Assembly (NCBI GenBank): GCA_965221295.1
Contig: OZ244879.1
Location: 877,678 to 941,677 of the forward strand
Source: Dehalococcoidia bacterium
GTDB lineage: Bacteria; Chloroflexota; Dehalococcoidia; Lucifugimonadales; UBA3495
Length of the DNA: 64,000 nucleotides
Reading direction: 5' to 3'
Part shown: one piece after another, positions 48,183 through 58,565 of the stretch
Layout: each line of letters begins with the position of its first letter
How positions within the stretch are numbered: position 1 is the stretch's first letter
Program-made: the position numbers and the translations under genes
Notes under the pieces: generated by a model
Told to the model about the DNA's origin: nothing
The model's database searches: none
The model's input: the letters and a program-made list of their open reading frames with translations, nothing else

Positions 48183-49652
48183 CTACACGGGAGCGCGTCG
48201 GGTGTGCCAGTCGGTGGCCTGCTGGTAGGCGTAGGCGATCCGCAAGATGGTGGCTTCGGCGAAGGGGCCGCCACCGATTTGCAGCCCAATCGGGAGGCCA
48301 TCCCCGGTAAACCCGCCGGGAATGGACACCGCCGGCATCCCGGCCAACGGATAACATCCGGTGTAGGATCGTCGGAAGAAGAACCGCTGACGCACATCAT
48401 CCGCCGACTCGAAGGGCGCGGTGAGAGCGTCATGCCGGGGAGCTGGATAGGGAGCGGTGGGCGACACCAGCGCGTCAACCCGGCTGAAGGCGTCTTCCAA
48501 TTGGCGCCGAAGCAGGACACGGGCCTTCATGGCTCGGTTCTGCACCTTGGCCGGCACAAGCGCCGCGGACTGCAAGCGGGTGCGTGACGCCCGGTCCAAC
48601 AACTCGGGCGCTCGACGCATGAGATCGTCCCGGGCGCCGGCGCCCTCCGTGTCCGCGATTCCTACGAAGATCGCCCCCGCGAGTTCCGTAAGCGGCAGGG
48701 ACACGTCGGAAATCTCCGCCCCCAGGCCGGCCAACGTCTCCAGGGCGGCGTCGGTGGCGCGGCGAACGTCGGGGTGCATGTCGGGGGCGTCGCACAGTTC
48801 CGTCATGCGGCCGATTCGCATACCGTGGATGTCGCCGTCGAGGATCCCGTAGTAATCGGGCGCCGGCCGGCGGCTGGTGGTGGGATCGCGTGGGTCATAC
48901 CCGGCGATGGCTCCCAGTACCAGCGCGCAATCTTCCACCGTCTTGGTCATTGGCGACGCGGCGTCCATGAACCAGCACATGGGAGTGATGCCGTAGCGAC
49001 TGATGCGGGTGAAGGTGGGCCGAAGCCCAACGGCGTTGCAGTACGACGCCGGGCCGCGTCCGCTGCCGCCGGTGTCCTCGCCGACGGACGCCGCGCAGAG
49101 GTGGGCCGCCAGGGCAGCGCCGGAGCCGCTGCTGGACTCGCCGGGAGTATGCCCAAAGCGCCAGGGATTCTGTGGGATGCCGTAGGGCGGGTCGGCGGTG
49201 CCGCCCATGGCCAATTCGCTCAGGTTCAGCTTGCCCAGCAGAATGGCGCCGGCGGCTTTCAGGCGAGACACCACGGTCGCGTCGTCAGATGGCACGTGGT
49301 CAGCGTAGGCCCGGGAGCCGTTGCTGGTGAGGATGCCAGCAGTGTTGAACTGGTCCTTGATGGCCACCGGCGCCCCGAACAAGGGCGCGTTGATGGCGGC
49401 CGCATCACCGCGACGCAGTTTGTTGTCGATGTCGGCGGCGGCGCCCAGGGCTTCCTCCCTGGCCACGGTGATGTAGGCTTTGATATCGCCATCGATGGCG
49501 TCGATGCGCCGCAGGTAGGCGTTAACGGCGTCGGTGGCGGTGAACTGGCCGCCCCTGATGGCAGCAGAGGTTGCCGCCGCGGAGAGGAAAACGATGTCGT
49601 CGCGGTCTGAGTTTGATGCCATTGGGTTCGATGCCATAGAGTTTGATGCCAT
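48183..49652 (-). CDS. Amidase signature family enzyme (GatA/AtzE-like)
   Basis: VAIKD, GKLNLSEL, PGESSSGS, GEDTGGSGRGP; N-terminal MASN(S/P) x3 repeat. Confidence 0.9.
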   Translation of the reverse strand: MASNSMASNPMASNSDRDDIVFLSAAATSAAIRGGQFTATDAVNAYLRRIDAIDGDIKAYITVAREEALGAAADIDNKLRRGDAAAINAPLFGAPVAIKDQFNTAGILTSNGSRAYADHVPSDDATVVSRLKAAGAILLGKLNLSELAMGGTADPPYGIPQNPWRFGHTPGESSSGSGAALAAHLCAASVGEDTGGSGRGPASYCNAVGLRPTFTRISRYGITPMCWFMDAASPMTKTVEDCALVLGAIAGYDPRDPTTSRRPAPDYYGILDGDIHGMRIGRMTELCDAPDMHPDVRRATDAALETLAGLGAEISDVSLPLTELAGAIFVGIADTEGAGARDDLMRRAPELLDRASRTRLQSAALVPAKVQNRAMKARVLLRRQLEDAFSRVDALVSPTAPYPAPRHDALTAPFESADDVRQRFFFRRSYTGCYPLAGMPAVSIPGGFTGDGLPIGLQIGGGPFAEATILRIAYAYQQATDWHTRRAPV

Positions 49653-49775
49653 ACAGAAAGCTCCGATGGGTTCGCGGGCGCCTTTGTCCGTGGGCCGCCT
49701 TGGGGCCCGTGTCCCCGGCGCTATTGTCCCCGGCGTTATTTCCCTAGCTTTATGAGTGGCGCCGGAAACGATGTC

Positions 49776-49967
49776 CTACTCGCCGGGATCGGGAAATATC
49801 GACACTGGCTCTATGCCTTCCAGGTCGAGGTCGCGCAGGCGGTCCAGCTCCTGCATCAGGCTGGAGAAACGGTTCACCACTTCGGGCAGCTCCGCCTCGT
49901 CGATGGGGATGCCCACGAGTTCCGCCAGGTTTCGCACCTGCGTTTCTGACATGCTTGGTTCGGGCAT
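49776..49967 (-). CDS. GatC/AtzG-like small amidase partner
   Basis: VRNLAELVGIPIDEAEL...LDRLRDLDLEGIEP pattern; GAGGT RBS; upstream of an amidase. Confidence 0.7.
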   Translation of the reverse strand: MPEPSMSETQVRNLAELVGIPIDEAELPEVVNRFSSLMQELDRLRDLDLEGIEPVSIFPDPGE

Positions 49968-50221
49968 AGTAATGACCTCAGCAATTCACGACGGTTCATA
50001 TGACGCCATATTTCACGCGCAACCATGTTCCACGCTTGGTAGTTGAGGGCCGAGCATGGCGATTTCGCTGTGGCGGGAGCCGTAGCCCTACCACCGGATG
50101 CGCGACTTTCCTCATCGCCAGAATGCGCGGGCGAAACGGCAAGCGTGGCGCCGGCAACGGTACGATACGGGTTGGGGCCGGCAGTGTCAAATTGACTGGA
50201 GAGAGGCAACACGGCTGCAAA

Positions 50222-52411
50222 TCACAGCCACCTTCGGAACCAGTCCAGCATCCGCTCCAGGTAGGCTTGACGCAGGGCCACGTGCCCGACGCGCAGAAAC
50301 CCGTGCCCACAGCCGGGGAACCGCGCCATCTCAACTTCCTTGCCCAGGCGTTTCATCACCTGGAAATACTGTTCGCTCTGCCCGATGGGGCAGCGGGCGT
50401 CGGCCTCGCCGTGCAGCAGCAGGACGGGCGTTTCCACCTGCGGAGCGAAGGTGATGGGAGAGCGTTGTAGGAGCCGGTAGGCCAGGCCGTCCACGCCTTC
50501 GGCCAGCTCGTTGGCCAGCGGGCGACTGATGGGCATACCGCCGCCCGGGCGGTCGGCCCACTGGGATTCACCGAAGCTGGCGGCGATGTCGGAGGTTCCG
50601 TACATGCTCCATAGGTCGATGCAGGGCGCTCCGGCGACGGCGGCACGAAAGCGGCCGGTGTGTCCAATGGTCCAGGTGGTCATGTAACCGCCGTAGCTGT
50701 AGCCATGGATGCCCAAACGGTTGGTGTCAACGTAGTCGCGCTGGCAAACGGCGTCGACGGCGGCCATCAGGTCTTCGTAATCTTTGCCGCCCCAATCGCC
50801 CAGAACCGCGTTGACGAACTTCGCGCCGTAGGTGGACGACCCTCGGGGATTGGCTGCCAAAGTGAGGTAACCAGCGCCAGCCAGGACCTGATGCCAGGGT
50901 ACGAACGAGTCGTAGAAGGCGCCGTTGGGTCCGCCGTGGATTTCCAGAACCAACGGATATTTCAGCGCGGGATCAAAACCGGGCGGGTGATAGAGCCGGC
51001 ATTCTATATCCCAATCGGCTTTGGCGATGCTGAACTTCTGCATGGGAACCGGGCGGTGGCCCTGCAGCCAGGCGTCGTTGTGCGCCGAGAGTCGCCGACG
51101 TTGTCGCCCATGCCGGATCGCCAGGTGCAGGTCGGATGGCGCGGCCGGGCCCGAGGCGACCAGCGCCACTCGCTCGGCGGTCGCATCGATAGCAATACCC
51201 GACAACAACTCGCCGCCGTCAGTGAGCGGCGCTGGCTGGGTCGCCGGCTTACCGGATGTCTCGCTGTTTAGCGGGCCATCAGGAACATCCAGCGAGTACA
51301 GCCGGGTTTGGCCGGCGGCGTCGGCGAGAAATACCACCTGGTCGTTGCCGCCGTCCTTGCCCCGCGTCCAGCGCAGCTCCAACGTCGGGTAGATGCCTGG
51401 GTAGCCGATGCAGGGCCTGATGCCGTCGTCGGTTAGGCGGCGCGGCGGTTGGTTCTCCTCCAGGACATACAGGTACGACTGCCACAGCGTCGTGAGTCCG
51501 TCGTCCTCGCCGCCGGCTGCGAGTAGGCGCTGCCCATCGGGCGACCACGCCACCGCCGCGGCGTCGGTGAGCCCCTGCGACCATAGTTTCGGCTCTTGCA
51601 GCGCTTGGCCGGCGTGATCAATCGTCAGAACGTAAACTTCGTTGGTAGCGGATATGTCTCGGGAGGCGGCGCGCCCGGATATGAATGCGATGCGTTGGCC
51701 GTCCTGCGACCAGGCGGGAGCCATATCGTCCCAGTCGCCATGCGTGACCTGCGTCGCTTCGCCAGTATGCGCGTCAACTAGGAACAGATGGAAGTGTGAG
51801 TCGCCGCGCCAGCCGATGGCGTCGTGGCGGTAACGAATGCGGCGCATTTCTCTGGGCCGGGGTTCGTCTGGCCGGGGTTCGTCTGGCCGGAGTTCGTCTG
51901 TCCGGAGTTCGTCTGTCCGTGGCTTGGTCGCCTGGGATTCACCTGGCCGGGTTTCGGGGGCGTCGGGATGCGCTGCATCGGAATTCGGAGCCAGGGAATC
52001 ATCCGGCTCCACGTCGGCCACGACAACGAGGCGCGTTGCATCCGGCGCCCATGCGAATTCGCGGACCCCGGACGGCAAAGAAGTCAGCTGGGCCGCTTCA
52101 CCGCCGTCGGCGGGCATGAGCCAGACCTGGCGGTGGGCATCGGGAGAGTCGTCGGGTCGCAGGAAGGCCAGGCGGGCGCCGTCGGGGGAATAGCGTGGGT
52201 GACTGTCGGAGTCGCCGCGGGTGAAGGGCAGCGGGTCCGGCGGCGGCGCGTCGTCGGCCACCCTGACCTGGTAGATGCGCGAGCGGTTTTCAGAAGTCGC
52301 CGCATCGACCCACGAGAGCACGTAAGCGCACCGTCCGCCATCGGGCGACATGGTGGGGTCGCTCACGCCGGTCAGATGGCGAAACAGGTCGGGTCCAATT
52401 GGTTCAGACAT
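50222..52411 (-). CDS. S9 family peptidase (PD40 beta-propeller + prolyl oligopeptidase domain)
   Basis: WSPDG-type repeats, IHGGP, GYSYGG, LLHGEADARC, C-terminal GHG. Confidence 0.93.
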   Translation of the reverse strand: MSEPIGPDLFRHLTGVSDPTMSPDGGRCAYVLSWVDAATSENRSRIYQVRVADDAPPPDPLPFTRGDSDSHPRYSPDGARLAFLRPDDSPDAHRQVWLMPADGGEAAQLTSLPSGVREFAWAPDATRLVVVADVEPDDSLAPNSDAAHPDAPETRPGESQATKPRTDELRTDELRPDEPRPDEPRPREMRRIRYRHDAIGWRGDSHFHLFLVDAHTGEATQVTHGDWDDMAPAWSQDGQRIAFISGRAASRDISATNEVYVLTIDHAGQALQEPKLWSQGLTDAAAVAWSPDGQRLLAAGGEDDGLTTLWQSYLYVLEENQPPRRLTDDGIRPCIGYPGIYPTLELRWTRGKDGGNDQVVFLADAAGQTRLYSLDVPDGPLNSETSGKPATQPAPLTDGGELLSGIAIDATAERVALVASGPAAPSDLHLAIRHGRQRRRLSAHNDAWLQGHRPVPMQKFSIAKADWDIECRLYHPPGFDPALKYPLVLEIHGGPNGAFYDSFVPWHQVLAGAGYLTLAANPRGSSTYGAKFVNAVLGDWGGKDYEDLMAAVDAVCQRDYVDTNRLGIHGYSYGGYMTTWTIGHTGRFRAAVAGAPCIDLWSMYGTSDIAASFGESQWADRPGGGMPISRPLANELAEGVDGLAYRLLQRSPITFAPQVETPVLLLHGEADARCPIGQSEQYFQVMKRLGKEVEMARFPGCGHGFLRVGHVALRQAYLERMLDWFRRWL
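51856..51915 (-). repeat. 4 x 15-bp in-frame tandem repeat inside the S9 peptidase
   Basis: (G/T)CCGG(G/A)GTTCGTCTG x4 on the plus strand, encoding TDELR/PDEPR. Confidence 0.9.
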
Positions 52412-52658
52412 CACGACGACCTCCCGTCAGGTTGCTGGGAACAGCAGAGCGCCGTTGGCGTGGCGTTAGTGTAGCGCCACGGAAGCGATGGATGCTGGCC
52501 GGGTGGCGGTTGGAAGCTTCCTGCCGCGCCAGCGAATGTCGCCGCAACGAGCGTTACCATATCGAGCGTTACTATATCGATTGATAATAGTAATGCCGCC
52601 CTATCCTTGACATTCCATTGCAGTCGGGCGCATACTGCCCAGACTCAGGGAGAGGACC

Positions 52659-54203
52659 ATGGCCACCGTAAATCTCCGCCCAGATCAGTTCACGCTGTTT
52701 GGATACAGCATCCATTACGCGTGGGCGATCGTCGTCATCACAGCGCTGATGCGCTTGGTGTCGTCGTCGTTCCGCATGTCTTTTCCGGCGCTGGTGCCGA
52801 TCATCGCCGAGGTGTTCGGCTGGAGCGAAGGCCTGATCCTGCTGGCCTTTTCGCTACAGTGGGTGGTTTCGGGCGTGTTCGGTCCGCCGTCGGGTTGGCT
52901 GGGCGACCGCTATGGCGCGCGGTTCACCATGACGCTGGGGGCGTCGCTGTATATCGCGGGCATGATCCTCACCGGGTTCATGACGGAAATCTGGCAGCTC
53001 TACGTGTTCTTTGGGGTGATGCTGAGCGCATCCATGGGCATCTTCCAGGTGCCGTTGACGGTGGCGGTTACGTCCTGGTTCCGCAGGCATCTGGGCCTGG
53101 GAATGGGCATACTCCAATCCTCGCAGGGATTCGGGCCAGTGATCGCGCCGCCCATCATGCTGGGGTTGGTGGCGCTGTTCGCAGTGGGCCCGGGCAAGGA
53201 ATGGACGGGAATATTCCCCGCCTTCCTGGAGCCCGACACCATCGGCGTGCGCATGGCTTTCTGGGTGCCCGGCATCATCGGCGGCATCATACTACTGCTG
53301 CTGACCCGCATCTTCTACAACTCGCCGGAGGATGTTGGCTTGCGCCAGTTGGGAGCCAGCGCGTCTGACGAGCCCCGGCGCGCGCCCACCACGGGCGCGG
53401 GAGCCAAGGAGCGGGCGCGGGTGTTCCTGCAGCAGGTGCGCAAGACTCCCGCCTTCTGGAACCTGATCGGCATACACTACTGGGGCTGCGCCGGTCACAG
53501 CATCATCATCGTCTTCCTGCCCATCATGGTGGTGGAGGCGCTAAGGCCGGCTGGCGGTTACCAGGGCATCCAGGACCCGGCGTTGCTCAGCGCCACCGCC
53601 ATCGGCGCCGGCGCGGCGGCCACCATGAGCCTGGTGAGCACCATAACCCGCTTCGGCGTGCCCATCGCGGCCGACCTGCTGGGCAGCAAGTGGGTGATGG
53701 CAGTCTGCTTCTCGCTGCAATTCGCCCCAGTGATCATCCTGCTGTTCGCCAACGACGCCTGGATGTTTTACCTGTTCGCGGTACTGTTCGGCATCGGGTT
53801 CGGCGGCGAGATGTCCGCTTTCCCCATCATCAACCGCCAGTATTACGGCAGCGCTCCCATCGGCAGCGCCTACGGATTCCAGATGATGGGAGCCGGCGCG
53901 GGCATGGCCTCGGGCGCGGGGTTGGGCAGCCTGCTGCTCATCGGCGTTCGCGAATTGGGATTCCCCACCATACTGGACAACCCGTACTGCTGGACGATCC
54001 TCCTGTCCTTCATCATGAGCTTGGGCGGCGTGGTCGCCATATTGTTCCTGCCCGATACGCACCGGCATCAAATGCCGGACTGGGAGGAACAACTGGCGCC
54101 CGAATTCCGCACCGGCGGAGCGGCGGCGGCTGCAACGGCGCCGGCGGCTCCCAGCGGGTCCAGCGGTTCACCGTCCCCGGCCGCTTCCGGCGACGGCAAC
54201 TGA
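52659..54203 (+). CDS. MFS transporter
   Basis: GWLGDRYGAR motif A and many TM helices; TTGACA-N18-CATACT at 52607-52636. Confidence 0.9.
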   Translation: MATVNLRPDQFTLFGYSIHYAWAIVVITALMRLVSSSFRMSFPALVPIIAEVFGWSEGLILLAFSLQWVVSGVFGPPSGWLGDRYGARFTMTLGASLYIAGMILTGFMTEIWQLYVFFGVMLSASMGIFQVPLTVAVTSWFRRHLGLGMGILQSSQGFGPVIAPPIMLGLVALFAVGPGKEWTGIFPAFLEPDTIGVRMAFWVPGIIGGIILLLLTRIFYNSPEDVGLRQLGASASDEPRRAPTTGAGAKERARVFLQQVRKTPAFWNLIGIHYWGCAGHSIIIVFLPIMVVEALRPAGGYQGIQDPALLSATAIGAGAAATMSLVSTITRFGVPIAADLLGSKWVMAVCFSLQFAPVIILLFANDAWMFYLFAVLFGIGFGGEMSAFPIINRQYYGSAPIGSAYGFQMMGAGAGMASGAGLGSLLLIGVRELGFPTILDNPYCWTILLSFIMSLGGVVAILFLPDTHRHQMPDWEEQLAPEFRTGGAAAAATAPAAPSGSSGSPSPAASGDGN

Positions 54204-54368
54204 TTCACCTGCCATCCCGACCCTGCGGCCGCCCTTCGCCACCGGTCGTGGGGGTGAAGGGCATGGCTGCAGTTGGGCAAGCCGTCATACGAGCGGCGCC
54301 GCTACCCAGCAACGGCAGTGACGGATCTCTAGCGTTCGGCAATCTTGCTATGATGATCAGCAGGGGCC

Positions 54369-54623
54369 ATGATGTCAGCCTACGCCTACAACGCCGAGAC
54401 GAGCCGCCGGCCCGCCGACGTTGAACTCATTCGGCGGACGGCGGAAGCCGTCGGCGCTGAATTGCAGCCGCGCTGCGTCATCCTTTTCGGTTCTCGGGCG
54501 CGTGGAGAGCATCGCCCCAACAGCGATGTGGACCTCGCCATCATCGTCGGGCCGTCCCAATTGGACGCGCGCCAGCGACATGAGCGCCAGTGCGCCAGAA
54601 GCCGCGGCTCCCGCTGGAGTTAG
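54369..54623 (+). pseudogene. Short, probably truncated minimal nucleotidyltransferase (MNT-like)
   Basis: VILFGSRARGEHRPNSDVDLAII motif; the ORF ends soon after with no third Asp strand and no HEPN partner. Confidence 0.6.
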
Positions 54624-54627
54624 TGGG

Positions 54628-55950
54628 TCAACCAGACCGGCCGCTCAGTTGGGCCTCGTTTCCCTGCTGCGCACCGCGCTCCGGCGTCGGGTTGCCGAGG
54701 AACAAGAACAGGCTGGACCCCAAGAGGCTCACGGCGCCGATGACTCCCATGCTCCAAAAGTAGCCGTCCGCTCTTGCGTCGGCCAATATGCCCACGAAAA
54801 GAGGCGCCGCCAACATGAGGACGTTCATGGGGATCATGGATATGCCCGTGATGCTGGCGAAGGCCTTGCGGCCAAAGTAGACTCCCCGTATGGAGGTGGT
54901 TAAAGGATGGCGACCGCCGAATCCGATGCCCATCAGGACGGCGAACAAGAAAGCCATGGGCTGGGATTCCGCGAACATCAGCGCGGCCACCGCGCCCGAC
55001 TGAACAGACGAGAAGGCGAATAAGGCGGTGCGGATCGGCATACGATCCCCGACGTAGCCGCCTACGACTGTGAACACTGCGGATACGCCAGTGTAGGCGC
55101 CGACGACCCATCCCACGGTCTGGAGTGAGATTCCTTGCTCATACAGCATGGGCCCGGCGTGCACGGTGACGGTTCCGATTACGGTGGTGGAGCAGGCGTG
55201 CCCCATCGTTATGAGCCAGAAGGACTTGGTTCTGAGGGCTTGCTGCCAGGTGTAACTCGGCTCATTATCGCTGTCTCCCGACCTGGCCGTGGCTCGGGCA
55301 AAACCGGCGAGGGCGGCTCCGTCGGGGCGCTGGCCATAAGGTTCAGGCGCGTTCTTTATCAGCAAGGACACCGGAAACGCTACGGCCACCAGGAACAATC
55401 CAATGGAGAGGCCGGTGATTCTCCAACCAGGACGCCCGGGAACGTCGGGATCAATGGCGAAGGCAATCAGTGGCACCAGCGCCATTCCCCCCAGCAGGGA
55501 CCCTTCCATCGCCAGCGCCATGGCGGTCGAGCGGTGGCGCACGAACCAGTTGTTCAACACGGTCATCATGGGCATCCAACAGCCCAAACCCATTCCGCCG
55601 CTCATCACCACGAAGGATAGGTAGAATTGCCAGAGGCTGTTCATCTGGCTCATCAGGACGAAACCGCCTCCGGCGATAGACAGTCCAATCGCCACCATTC
55701 GGCGGGATCCCAGCTTGTCAATCAGGTAGCCACTGATGGGACCCATGATCGAGCCTTCCGCCCGGCTGAGCGAGAAAGCTATGGAGAGTTGGGTATTGCT
55801 CCAGCCAAAATGTTCTCTGATCACCACGAACCAAGCGGTCATGGCTTGGAAAATGGGGACAATGCCGATGACCATGACGAAGGCGGCCACGCCGACCAGC
55901 GTCCAACCGTAGAACCAAGTTCCCGAAAATAGTGCGCGCGGGGACTTCAA
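54628..55950 (-). CDS. MFS transporter
   Basis: GYLIDKLGSRR and GYVGDRM motifs, ~12 TM helices; likely TTG start after GAGGTG. Confidence 0.9.
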   Translation of the reverse strand: MKSPRALFSGTWFYGWTLVGVAAFVMVIGIVPIFQAMTAWFVVIREHFGWSNTQLSIAFSLSRAEGSIMGPISGYLIDKLGSRRMVAIGLSIAGGGFVLMSQMNSLWQFYLSFVVMSGGMGLGCWMPMMTVLNNWFVRHRSTAMALAMEGSLLGGMALVPLIAFAIDPDVPGRPGWRITGLSIGLFLVAVAFPVSLLIKNAPEPYGQRPDGAALAGFARATARSGDSDNEPSYTWQQALRTKSFWLITMGHACSTTVIGTVTVHAGPMLYEQGISLQTVGWVVGAYTGVSAVFTVVGGYVGDRMPIRTALFAFSSVQSGAVAALMFAESQPMAFLFAVLMGIGFGGRHPLTTSIRGVYFGRKAFASITGISMIPMNVLMLAAPLFVGILADARADGYFWSMGVIGAVSLLGSSLFLFLGNPTPERGAQQGNEAQLSGRSG

Positions 55951-56937
55951 GACGTCACCTCGGGGACGGTTCTGGGATGCATGACCTGACGGTCGGCCCG
56001 CTTGCCACCCGCCGAACGTCGCTTCCTGCAATGTTCCGCCATCATGTAGCTGACTGTCGGCTCAGCCACGGCGGTTGTCGGCAGGGCGGCGACAACCAGG
56101 GTTTTCCCCAAAGAAGCCCGGCTATAGCAGTTTTGCCCGAGGGTAGTGGTCAATGGCGCGCGTCGCCAAACCTGATGCCGAACAGTACTTCGCGTAGGAC
56201 GATAATCTCGTTCTTGGGCAACGGCGTCAAGTCCACCGCCGCCACAGCCTACAGTGCCTTGAAGGGAAACGGGGCAACGCGCTTGGGCGTCCGGTTTCCG
56301 ACCAATCTTCCGATTGGCTGGAATGCCACGGAGATGTGGATGTATAGGGCGGGTCCGTGGGGTGGTCTGCATCCCGTATCTCACTTCTTTCATCATCGGT
56401 CCAAATGGGAACATGATGGCGAGAAAATTTCTGGAATCAAGCCGCGACCAAGGACATGCGCCAAAAGAACTGGGCCAACGGGGCCCCACGAACGAAAATC
56501 GCACACTCTCGTCGATGGTCGCCACTGGACTTGCGGCCGGTTCGGCTGGCGAGATTCTGCCGACGAATCGCCAATAGCATCGTTGCGGGAATCATGATTC
56601 TCAAGGCGTTTGCCGACCGACTACGGCTTTTAGCAAATAATGTTAGGCTACTTTCATTCTACCACACGATGATATGGTCCTCAACTCAGCGTACTCAATG
56701 GTAGCGTCTCAGTTCGACATCCGGTGACCGCCTGAACCGACAGGGAACAGGATGTCGCTTGCGGCAAGGGTGGCACAATGCGCGAGCTAGGACTTTCCTT
56801 CACTTCCTAGCTGAGGCGACACTATGCCCAGAGTCAGGCTCCAATGTTCGGCTAGTCACGGCCCCGTTCCGGCGGTATGATGTGGCCAATCGTACCGTCC
56901 TTACAACACTAGACTCCCAACACAAGGAGGCGTTACC

Positions 56938-57927
56938 ATGGCAGACGGAATCACCATCCTGGTTGGCACCGCTGGGCAAGGCGTCATGCGCAGTACCGAT
57001 AGTGGCCAGTCCTGGCGGCGCGTCGGCATCACCCAAGGCATCCACTCGGACGCCGTCGTGCGCTGCTTGACCCCCGTGCCCGGCGCCGAAGGCAGCGTCC
57101 TCGCCGGTTGCGACCGGGGCATCATCCGAAGCGACGACAACGGCGACACTTGGCGCAGCGTCGATACGGCGATGAACGGGACCGCGGTCTGGGCCATCGC
57201 TTTTGATCCGTCCAATCCTCAGGTCGGCTTCGCGGGCACCGGCACTCCCGACCCCTGCCGCATCTACCGCACCCGTGATGGCGGAGCGACGTGGGAGCTG
57301 CGCCCGGTGGAAGTCGCCGCCGAGTGTCCGGCCGTGGGCGTGCCCCGGGTCACCGGCATCGCCATTGATCCAGCGGACGGCAACAGCGTTTGGGTCGGCA
57401 TCGAGGTGGATGGATTGCGCCACAGTTCGGACGGCGGCGACACCTGGGAAACCGTGCCGCACCAGGCCATCCCCAACATGGACATACACAACGTAACCGT
57501 AACCGAGGGCCCGCCGCATCGGGTGGTGGTAATGGTCAACGACGACGTGTTCCTGACCGACGACAACGGCGGTTCCTGGCGTAATCTGAACGTGCGGCAG
57601 AACTTCCCGCTGGGCTACCCGCGGGGCATCAAGGTCAAGCCCGACGATCCGCAAACCATCTACACCACCTTCGGCGATACCACGCCGGGATCAACGGGAG
57701 TGGTGATGCGCTCCAGCGACGCCGGCGCCACGTGGAGCAACCTCGACCTGCCGGTGGAGCCGAACACGGCGATGTGGGTGGTGAACTCGCAGCCGCAGAA
57801 TCCCGACTTCCTGCTGGCCGGCAGCCGCTACGGGTACCTGTACCAATCGGGCGACGCCGGGGCTTCCTGGAGCAAGTTTGACCGGGAGTTCAGCGAAATC
57901 TCGTCGGTGATGTGGTTCCCCAACTGA
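56938..57927 (+). CDS. BNR/Asp-box repeat beta-propeller protein
   Basis: Repeated S/T-x-D-x-G-x-(T/S)-W Asp boxes; AAGGAGG RBS. Confidence 0.85.
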   Translation: MADGITILVGTAGQGVMRSTDSGQSWRRVGITQGIHSDAVVRCLTPVPGAEGSVLAGCDRGIIRSDDNGDTWRSVDTAMNGTAVWAIAFDPSNPQVGFAGTGTPDPCRIYRTRDGGATWELRPVEVAAECPAVGVPRVTGIAIDPADGNSVWVGIEVDGLRHSSDGGDTWETVPHQAIPNMDIHNVTVTEGPPHRVVVMVNDDVFLTDDNGGSWRNLNVRQNFPLGYPRGIKVKPDDPQTIYTTFGDTTPGSTGVVMRSSDAGATWSNLDLPVEPNTAMWVVNSQPQNPDFLLAGSRYGYLYQSGDAGASWSKFDREFSEISSVMWFPN

Positions 57928-57929
57928 GG

Positions 57930-58540
57930 ACGGAGCGCCGCCCTCCGCCCACCGCGCTGGGCGGCCGTTGGCCCAGGCAACGGGATTGCCGCGTCGCTGT
58001 CGCTCCTCGCAATGACAGTTGTGGGAGGCGCTGCTCGCAATGACAGTTGCTTTTGTCATGGTGAGGGTACTTTTACTGTCATTGCGAGCGAAGCGCGGCA
58101 ATCCCGTCGACCGCAACCAACGGCCCTCCGCCCTCCCAGACCGGCGGCCGTTGGCCCAGGCAACGGGATTGCCGCGTCGCTAGCGCTCCTCGCAATGACA
58201 GGTAAGGAGGCGCTCCTCGCCCTGACAGTTGCTTTTGTCATGGTGAGCGTGTTTTTGCTGTCATTGCGAGCGAAGCGCGGCAATCTCGTCGTTCGCAACC
58301 AACGGCCCTCCGCCCTCCCGGCCCGGCGGCCGTTTGCCCAGGGTCCGGGATTGCCGCGTCGCTGGGGCTCCTCGCAATGACAGTTGCTTTTGTCATGGCG
58401 AGGGTGCTTTTAATGTCATTCCGAGCGAAGCGCGGCAATCTCGTCGTTCGCAACCAACGGCGCTCCGCCCTCCCTGCCCGGCGGCCGTTGGCCCAGGCAA
58501 CGGGATTGCCGCGTCGCTAGCGCTCCTCGCAATGACAGAT
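57930..58540. repeat. REP/RPE-like palindromic element array 2 (same family as array 1)
   Basis: Alternating GGGATTGCCGCGTCGCTAGCGCTCCTCGCAATGACA and TGTCATTGCGAGCGAAGCGCGGCAATC in ~160-180-bp units, between convergent genes. Confidence 0.9.
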
Positions 58541-58565
58541 GGGTGATGCGAGCGCTCCGCAGAAT

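Noticed and set aside
48183..49967. gatCA of the Glu/Asp-tRNA amidotransferase
   Set aside because: No gatB is adjacent and the signature motifs deviate from GatA; left as a generic amidase plus partner.
47549..58540. The two palindrome arrays as CRISPR arrays or as protein-coding ORFs
   Set aside because: Inter-repeat sequences are themselves repeated, and the ORFs called there are just translations of the repeat.
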